Part shown: piece by piece, positions 58,046 through 64,000 of the stretch
Numbering within the stretch: the first letter of the stretch is position 1
Layout: each line of letters opens with the position of its first letter
Virus record (IMG/VR): IMGVR_UViG_3300047562_004403
Location: 15,817 to 79,816 of that record
DNA from: a virus
DNA: 64,000 nt
Reading direction: 5' to 3' (one strand)
Program-made: the position numbers and the translations under genes
Notes under the pieces: generated by a model
Told to the model about the DNA's origin: nothing
The model's input: the letters and a program-made list of their open reading frames with translations, nothing else
Database searches by the model: none

Positions 58046-58672
58046 ATGCCACTCAAAGAAGGATCAAGCGACGAAACCATCTCGAAGAACATCAAAACCG
58101 AAATGAAAGCGGGTAAGCCTCAGAAGCAGGCTATTGCTATTGCTTTGGATAAAGCTGGAAAGTCTAAGGACTCCTCAGATAATGCCGAACCCCAAGAGGG
58201 TCAAATGGCTCAAGGAGACGTTCGTTCTATTGTGGCCATGGCAAAGAAGATCGACGATATGGTCTCCGAGATGACCGATCTTCCTGAGTGGGTTCAGGCT
58301 AAGATTACCAAAGCCCAAGACTATTTAACTGCTGTAACCCAGCATCTCTCTCACCCAGGAGAAGATGAGCAGGCTGAGGATATGGCAGAAGGCAAAGACC
58401 ATGACAAAGATGGTGATGTTGACTCTGATGACTATATGATGGCTAAAGACAAAGCTATTAAAGAGGCAATGGGTAAAGATGAGACTTCGGATAGTGCCGA
58501 AGATTCCGATCCTTGTTGGAAGGACTATAAGATGGTGGGAATGAAGAAGGGTAAAGGTGGTAAACCCGTTCCTAACTGCGTACCTAAATCTTCTGACAAT
58601 GCCGAGGAATCCTATTCCGAAATCTCCGTGCCTGATGGTTGGAGTTTAAGTAACCGTGTCTACAAAGATTAA
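58046..58672 (+). CDS. PxGW-tagged acidic multi-module protein (putative internal head protein)
   Basis: MPLKEGSSD...[26 protein letters not shown]...VPNCVP modules separated by DNAE/DMAE/DSAE; C-terminal [13 protein letters not shown]. Confidence 0.7.
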   Translation: MPLKEGSSDETISKNIKTEMKAGKPQKQAIAIALDKAGKSKDSSDNAEPQEGQMAQGDVRSIVAMAKKIDDMVSEMTDLPEWVQAKITKAQDYLTAVTQHLSHPGEDEQAEDMAEGKDHDKDGDVDSDDYMMAKDKAIKEAMGKDETSDSAEDSDPCWKDYKMVGMKKGKGGKPVPNCVPKSSDNAEESYSEISVPDGWSLSNRVYKD

Positions 58673-59636
58673 AATACCCGACGGTTGGAGAGTTAGGGAT
58701 TTTAGTGTTACATTAAAACCCGGCAAGCCAGAAGGTGCTACGTCCTGGTTTGATGTGCAAGGCCGTCCTGTTGTACTTCAAGGGAGTACTTGGAGGTTAA
58801 ATCCGGTACTTCAACAAAAACAAGCACAACAAAAATCCCAACAAAACACCCCACAGGAACAAAAACAAGTCCCTGCACCAGATAGTAAATCTCAGATCGC
58901 CGCACAAGTTCCTAATGTGGATAAACCATCTTCTCTTCAACCGTCTCAGGAGAAGAAAGAGGAAGATCCGCAGAACAAAGTTAGCATGGGTGACCGTTTT
59001 GCCCAATCTAAAAAAACTTTAGGATCTGGAATGTATGGCACAGTAAAAGAAACCGCTGAAGGAACCGTTATTAAAAAGGGAACAATAGGCGCTAATGAGG
59101 TTGATATTCAGAAAAGATTAGCGGATGTTATTGGAGTACCAAAAATTCTAGGTGTAGAATACTCTTCCGACGTAAATAGAGACGGTGAACGTAAAGGAAT
59201 TATTGAAATGGAAAAGGCAAATGGCAAGGCTTTAATAGACCAAACCTCTAAATCCGATCACAATATCAAAGGAGACGAAGCTTCTAAAGTACTTGATGAA
59301 TATTTTAGAGTTCGTAAAGATATTCATACACGTGGCGTAGCACACGGAGATATGCACGACGCAAATATGACGTGGGATGGTAAAACAATGGGACTTATTG
59401 ATTTTGGTAGTTCTGTGGTAAGTTATAAAGAAGCTCTTGGTGAAGCTCTTGGTACGCGTGGAGTAGATCACGGAGAATTTTTTCTTAAATATCTGAAACA
59501 GGACGGAGCAGTTTCTGCAAAAGAAGAAAAATTTCAATCGAATCTTGCTAGAGTTTCAAAAATTGCTCAAGAAGCAGGAGATCTAGATGAATCTAAAGCA
59601 AAAAAATTAATCGAGGAATTGTACAATGGCATCTAA
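58656..59636 (+). CDS. Protein kinase-like (Ser/Thr kinase fold) with PxGW leader
   Basis: [26 protein letters not shown]; N-terminal IPDGWRV. Confidence 0.85.
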   Translation: MSTKIKIPDGWRVRDFSVTLKPGKPEGATSWFDVQGRPVVLQGSTWRLNPVLQQKQAQQKSQQNTPQEQKQVPAPDSKSQIAAQVPNVDKPSSLQPSQEKKEEDPQNKVSMGDRFAQSKKTLGSGMYGTVKETAEGTVIKKGTIGANEVDIQKRLADVIGVPKILGVEYSSDVNRDGERKGIIEMEKANGKALIDQTSKSDHNIKGDEASKVLDEYFRVRKDIHTRGVAHGDMHDANMTWDGKTMGLIDFGSSVVSYKEALGEALGTRGVDHGEFFLKYLKQDGAVSAKEEKFQSNLARVSKIAQEAGDLDESKAKKLIEELYNGI

Positions 59637-59781
59637 TTACGTAGTATTAATGGAGGCCCGAAAAAAAGCTCTTAAGAGCGGAAATGAGGCCATGGCGCAC
59701 AAACTTTTACTTCAGATTCGTGAACTTGTTAAAAATGGTCAAGTTTCTGAAGATGAGTTTATGGCAGGAGCATATATCTAA
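59626..59781 (+). CDS. Small helical protein (51 aa, not in ORF track)
   Basis: [19 protein letters not shown]...EDEFMAGAYI; GAGG RBS; overlaps the kinase stop and the next start. Confidence 0.65.
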   Translation: MASNYVVLMEARKKALKSGNEAMAHKLLLQIRELVKNGQVSEDEFMAGAYI

Positions 59782-60233
59782 TGAACGTTAAAGTTCCTGA
59801 TGGTTGGTCGGTAGTCAATTCCTATGGTGAAACTGTAGGCCCTAAGATCACTAAGAAGTCCCACCTTCGCGGCGACCAGGATGAGTCGGAGATGCTAGAT
59901 GCAGAAATGGATCCCGATGATAACACAGACATGTCCGAGGATGAATATGAGTATTGGAAGTCAGCATGTTCATCTTGCGCTGCAATGGCGGAAGGAGATG
60001 GCAAAAAATATACCCATACTTATAAAGATCCGAAGACGGGCAATACTCGCAAGGTGCGCTACGGAGCCAAAGGTTACAAGATCGCCCCAGGTACCAAGCG
60101 TGGCGACTCATATTGTGCCAGGTCATTAGGCGATATGAAATCAGAAGGTATGGATTGTTCTGGTCCTGATCGCAACACACCAATGTGTTTATCCCGCAAA
60201 AAATGGAGATGCCGAGGCGCTAAATCGGTATAA
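59781..60233 (+). CDS. PxGW-tagged protein with DUF6321-like SYCARS domain
   Basis: VPDGWSVVNSYGE leader; KVRYG...PGTKRGDSYCARS...SRKKWRC. Confidence 0.7.
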   Translation: MNVKVPDGWSVVNSYGETVGPKITKKSHLRGDQDESEMLDAEMDPDDNTDMSEDEYEYWKSACSSCAAMAEGDGKKYTHTYKDPKTGNTRKVRYGAKGYKIAPGTKRGDSYCARSLGDMKSEGMDCSGPDRNTPMCLSRKKWRCRGAKSV

Positions 60234-60283
60234 TCCGCACTTTATATAACTAGATGAAGGGGGTTGACAGATCCGGTTTTATA

Positions 60284-60291
60284 GTTTAAAG
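60284..60291 (+). promoter_or_regulatory. Putative late promoter element GTTTAAAG
   Basis: Exact motif upstream of the lysis cassette. Confidence 0.55.
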
Positions 60292-60330
60292 TAGAATTAA
60301 TAACCTAACCATTACAATAGGAGAACAGAC

Positions 60331-60714
60331 ATGACCACAGTTTTTCTCTACATATTTCTATTCTCTACCTGGGGTCTTGGACTTTTCTCATGGATTATAG
60401 GTCTAGGCCATCTTCTTACAAAATGGGACATTGAAAGTCAGGAAAAATCTCTAGACATTGATCAAAAGAGGTTAATATTTGAAAAGTTTAATTCACTTTC
60501 TCATTCTAGGCCCGGATTCATGATGGGGCAACCAACTCCTCCTTCTCCTCTTCCGAATAAGGAAGCAATTCCAGAAAAAATTAAAGAACTTATGAGGTCT
60601 TCTCCTAATCATCCGGAGGTAGATGAAATCGATAATTTAGATCAGATTATTGGAGTTCGTTTTGAAGCAGAAAACTATCCTCCGGGATTTGGAGACGTGG
60701 ACGGTGAAGAATGA
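60331..60714 (+). CDS. Single-TM membrane protein (candidate holin/lysis protein)
   Basis: N-terminal hydrophobic helix; ATGA-coupled to the endolysin gene. Confidence 0.5.
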   Translation: MTTVFLYIFLFSTWGLGLFSWIIGLGHLLTKWDIESQEKSLDIDQKRLIFEKFNSLSHSRPGFMMGQPTPPSPLPNKEAIPEKIKELMRSSPNHPEVDEIDNLDQIIGVRFEAENYPPGFGDVDGEE

Positions 60715-61997
60715 AACTACCAAAATCCGGAATTGATTTAATCAAAAGATTCGAGGGTTGCCATTTAAAAGCGTATGCTGATCCGCTTTCAGGAGGTAAA
60801 CCCTATACAATAGGGTGGGGAAGCACAAAAAAGAAAGACGGATCCCCATTCAAATTGGGTGAAAAAATTACACAAAAAGAAGCAGATGAACTATTTGAGC
60901 ATCAACTTCTTACCTCTTATCTCCCTCCTTTAACAAAAATTCCGCATTTCAACGAGATGACTGAAGAGCAAAAAGGAGCACTTCTCAGTTTTGCTTACAA
61001 TCTCGGGGCAAACTTCTATGGCTCTCGTGATTTTGCAACGATTAGTCGGAGACTTAGAAACAAAGAATGGGATCTTATCCCAGAAGCTTTTCTCTTATAT
61101 CGCAATCCTGGCACCCGCGTAGAACCTGGGTTGAAAAGAAGACGAGTTGCAGAAGGAGCATTATGGAGCTTGGGAGCATCAAAAACCAAGATGGATAATA
61201 AAATTATACAAATTATTGCTCTTCAAAATACTATTTTAAAAAAACAACCCATACAATCCTATCAACTCTCCTTCAATCAAAAGAAAGAAATCCAAAAAGG
61301 CAAAGGTTATAACGTTATTGATATTATCAATGAGGGTTCTCATTCCAAAGTTACCTTGGATTATGGTGCTGGAATTTGGTATATTTACAACCCCCATTGG
61401 CAAATTATCTACTCTGGAAGAGATCGTCCCAGCGAATCTACACAACATTCACGTATACTCTCTGTTAAGTATTTTCCACAACGTGATAGTGCTACTACGC
61501 ACGCCCATCGCATGTGTTTTTCCAGCTCATGCGCAATGGCGGCCGACTACGTTAAACCTGACGTAATTAAAGTATCAGAACAAGAAGACGATTATTACAT
61601 GAGAATGTATGTTTTTCGTCATGGAGATACCACAAGCGCCTCCGCGCAAATATCAGCTCTGAAAGATTTGGGTATTAAAGCTACTTTTCGCCAAAATCTC
61701 AATTTAAACGATGTAAAAAATCAAATTAATAATAACATACCTGTTCCCGCAGGAATTCTTCATCATGGTCATGTATCTTCGCCCCAAGGATTTGGACATT
61801 GGGTATGTATTATAGGTTATGATGATAAAGCTAAACAATACATTGTTCATGATCCATATGGAGAACTTGATCTTATCAACGGTGGCTATTATGGCTCCAC
61901 AAATGGATCCAATAAACGCTATTCTTATGCAGATTTTAATAAGAGGTGGATGGTGCAAGGAGAAAAAACTGGGTGGGGAATTATCATAGAGAAATAA
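60711..61997 (+). CDS. Endolysin: GH24 lysozyme plus C39-like peptidase
   Basis: IKRFEG..L.AY.D....TIGWG, ALLSFAYNLG, GL..RR.AE; Q..CFSSSCAM...GHW..IIG....VHDPYG. Confidence 0.92.
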   Translation: MKLPKSGIDLIKRFEGCHLKAYADPLSGGKPYTIGWGSTKKKDGSPFKLGEKITQKEADELFEHQLLTSYLPPLTKIPHFNEMTEEQKGALLSFAYNLGANFYGSRDFATISRRLRNKEWDLIPEAFLLYRNPGTRVEPGLKRRRVAEGALWSLGASKTKMDNKIIQIIALQNTILKKQPIQSYQLSFNQKKEIQKGKGYNVIDIINEGSHSKVTLDYGAGIWYIYNPHWQIIYSGRDRPSESTQHSRILSVKYFPQRDSATTHAHRMCFSSSCAMAADYVKPDVIKVSEQEDDYYMRMYVFRHGDTTSASAQISALKDLGIKATFRQNLNLNDVKNQINNNIPVPAGILHHGHVSSPQGFGHWVCIIGYDDKAKQYIVHDPYGELDLINGGYYGSTNGSNKRYSYADFNKRWMVQGEKTGWGIIIEK

Positions 61998-62125
61998 TTT
62001 GAAGTTCGGGGATTACCATAAAAAAGTGGTATTTTACATAGATACCTAGACAGCATTTTAGATTATAATATATACATGAAGACGCCGTTTGGTCTTCAGT
62101 GTATACGCTTATCTGAGGTAACACA

Positions 62126-62578
62126 ATGTTCGATTTACTTTTTGCAACAACTCCTTACAAACAATTTTCTTCCGAAGCCTCGATGAGGCACGAAAAAGAC
62201 CTACTCGACATGGCTATGAACATGTTCGAAATGCCCCGGTCACAGGCATCTTTTCCGAAATATAATGTATATAGGATGCTTGATGGTAGTCCATATACTT
62301 ATTTCATGGAATTTGCCCTAGCAGGTTATGATAAAACTTCTCTAAAAGCCAAGATAGATGGCGATTATCTTATCATCTCAAGTAGAACTGACGGGGATAA
62401 AAAAGAAGAAAGAGAATATATTCATCGGGGCATGGCTAGACGGGACTTTTCCACAAAATTCTATGTTGGTAAGAATGTAGAGGTAAAAGGTGCAATGTTT
62501 ACTAATGGATTGCTTACCGTGGAATTAGAAAAACTCGTTCCTGAAGAACAAAAAGCCCGCTCTATTGAAATTACATGA
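62126..62578 (+). CDS. hsp20: Small heat-shock protein Hsp20
   Basis: FPKYNV, EFALAGY, YIHRGMARR.F, A.FTNGLL.V.L.K..PEE.K.R.IEI. Confidence 0.95.
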   Translation: MFDLLFATTPYKQFSSEASMRHEKDLLDMAMNMFEMPRSQASFPKYNVYRMLDGSPYTYFMEFALAGYDKTSLKAKIDGDYLIISSRTDGDKKEEREYIHRGMARRDFSTKFYVGKNVEVKGAMFTNGLLTVELEKLVPEEQKARSIEIT

Positions 62579-62630
62579 GTCGGTTTATTCCGAAGGGGCG
62601 TAGCCCCGAGGCCACGTTAAGAACTGTCAC

Positions 62631-62659
62631 AAGGGCCCCGCCAGGGGCCTTTTGTTTTT
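62631..62659 (+). terminator. Intrinsic terminator
   Basis: AAGGGCCCC-GCCA-GGGGCCTTT followed by TGTTTTT; immediately followed by a TGGTATGAT extended -10. Confidence 0.75.
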
Positions 62660-62692
62660 GGTATGATGGTGGGAACAGACCCAAGTTCTCCC

Positions 62693-63688
62693 ATGGCCAC
62701 AATCTCAGAAGTTCAGTCCTCTCTAACCAAACTTATTTCAAATAACGTCAAACATTCTGTGTTTTTGTGGGGTGCTCCTGGCATTGGTAAGTCTTCTATT
62801 GTGAAGAAAGTTGCCACGGACAATAATCTACAGCTCATTGATCTTCGGATCTCACAACTTGCCCCTACGGACATTCGCGGACTTCCCTATATTGAGGCTG
62901 GACAGGCTAAATTTGCCCCGCCTTCCTTCCTTCCTACCAAAGGCAAGGGCATTCTTTTTGTCGATGAGTTCAACATGGCCAGCCCATCTATGATGAGTAT
63001 TGCCCAACAACTCATTCTTGATCGCCAAGTCGGGGATTACGTTGTGCCTGAAGGTTGGTTTATTGTTGCCGCTGGGAATAGGACCGAGGATCGCGCAGCA
63101 GTGTCTCAAATGCCAGCACCTGTGGCCAATCGCTTCATCCATTTCAATGTAGAGTCGGATCTTGCGTCGTGGAAAGAATACGCAATTAGAAATAACCTTA
63201 ATGAGCAAATTATCTCCTTTCTGAATTTTCGTCCTCAACTTCTCTTCAACTTTAATAAAAATGCCACTGCATGGCCATCTCCCCGCTCGTGGGATTTTGC
63301 CAATACGCTTCTAGACATTGGCCTAGAAGTCGATTCTGCTGTAGGAGATGGTACAGCTGCGGAATTTTATGCTTATCAATCTATCTATTCTCGCCTACCG
63401 GATGTGGATGCTATTCTCAACGGAGAGAATGTCGAAGTTCCCAAAGAGCCATCGTTGATGTATGCCGTGTGCGGTTCGCTTGTTTCTCGGTCTAAATCGG
63501 CCCAAGGATTTTATAATGCGGTTAAATGGCTGATTAATGGAACTACCGAGGATTATGTTGGTTTGTTCATGGTAGATGCTATGATTGCTTTAAAAGCCAA
63601 CAATCTCCAAGGGGCCTTTGTCAAGCTCTTAGCCAAAGATTCTCAGGTTAAAGCCTTCATCGCCAAGTATCAGGAGCTGCTTAAGTGA
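62693..63688 (+). CDS. MoxR-like AAA+ ATPase
   Basis: WGAPGIGKS, D.RGLP, LFVDEFN, AAGNR, NRF.H, PSPRSW. Start at ATG 62693, below the promoter. Confidence 0.9.
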   Translation: MATISEVQSSLTKLISNNVKHSVFLWGAPGIGKSSIVKKVATDNNLQLIDLRISQLAPTDIRGLPYIEAGQAKFAPPSFLPTKGKGILFVDEFNMASPSMMSIAQQLILDRQVGDYVVPEGWFIVAAGNRTEDRAAVSQMPAPVANRFIHFNVESDLASWKEYAIRNNLNEQIISFLNFRPQLLFNFNKNATAWPSPRSWDFANTLLDIGLEVDSAVGDGTAAEFYAYQSIYSRLPDVDAILNGENVEVPKEPSLMYAVCGSLVSRSKSAQGFYNAVKWLINGTTEDYVGLFMVDAMIALKANNLQGAFVKLLAKDSQVKAFIAKYQELLK

Positions 63689-64000
63689 TGTCTAAAATCT
63701 ACAATCTCAAAGTCACCGAAGAACAACTTAAAGTGATTTCTACTGCTTGTGAGTTGCTCTCTCGCATTGAAGGTGGGCAAATTAGTGAAGCATTTGAGCA
63801 TCTTCCACTCAAGAAGGGGGTGGATTGGAATGTCTATCACGAAATTAAAGATGAAGTTACTAAAAGAATGCCTGAAATTCTTGAAGATGGTATTGATGGG
63901 CGGAGTAGTAGTTTTGGTGTAGGGAGCACCAAAGTTCATAAGTATCATGATATCGCTTGGGATTTGTATACAACTACAAGGCATCAACTTTCTTGGGAGT
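63688..64000 (+). CDS. Hypothetical protein (3' truncated by window edge)
   Basis: TGATG-coupled ORF MSKIYNLKVTEEQLKVISTACELLSRIEGGQ... open to the window end. Confidence 0.65.
   Translation, partial: MSKIYNLKVTEEQLKVISTACELLSRIEGGQISEAFEHLPLKKGVDWNVYHEIKDEVTKRMPEILEDGIDGRSSSFGVGSTKVHKYHDIAWDLYTTTRHQLSWE

Noticed and set aside
1-64000. Stop-codon reassignment
   Set aside because: Genes are full length and densely packed under the standard code, with TAA, TAG and TGA all used as stops.

Overview
This is a 64-kb segment of a large contractile-tailed (myovirus-type) dsDNA phage. The host is very probably a cyanobacterium, based on DUF4278 peptides behind a glnA-type riboswitch, a Mo-nitrogenase C-terminal-like protein, PhoH, Hsp20, and a cyanobacterial-style GH24/C39 endolysin. 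The window holds dispersed tail and baseplate modules (fibres, hub-lysin, spike, J, I, gp25, tube-like protein, tape measure), TerL, a group-3 sigma factor, and nucleotide-metabolism and replication genes (nrdAB, dNTPase, dNMP kinase, ThyA-fold enzyme, 5'-3' exonuclease, SF3 helicase, primase). It also has homing-type HNH endonucleases and lysis genes. The main observations are four. (1) At least seven otherwise dissimilar proteins, including a kinase and an HNH nuclease, carry a terminal [IVK]P[DE]GWx[VLM] peptide, mostly next to [DNS]-x-[ASG]-[ED] sites, suggesting a removable capsid-loading tag for injected cargo. (2) A ThyA homologue has the Asn177-to-Asp dCMP-specificity switch and co-occurs with a dCTPase-like enzyme, a dNMP kinase and an aberrant C5-methyltransferase, pointing to a modified-cytosine pathway. 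(3) A tandem glutamine-riboswitch-like RNA precedes three unannotated micro-ORFs. (4) There are two promoter classes, TGnTAtaAT and GTTTAAAG. All calls come from motif recognition by eye; no database searches were run.
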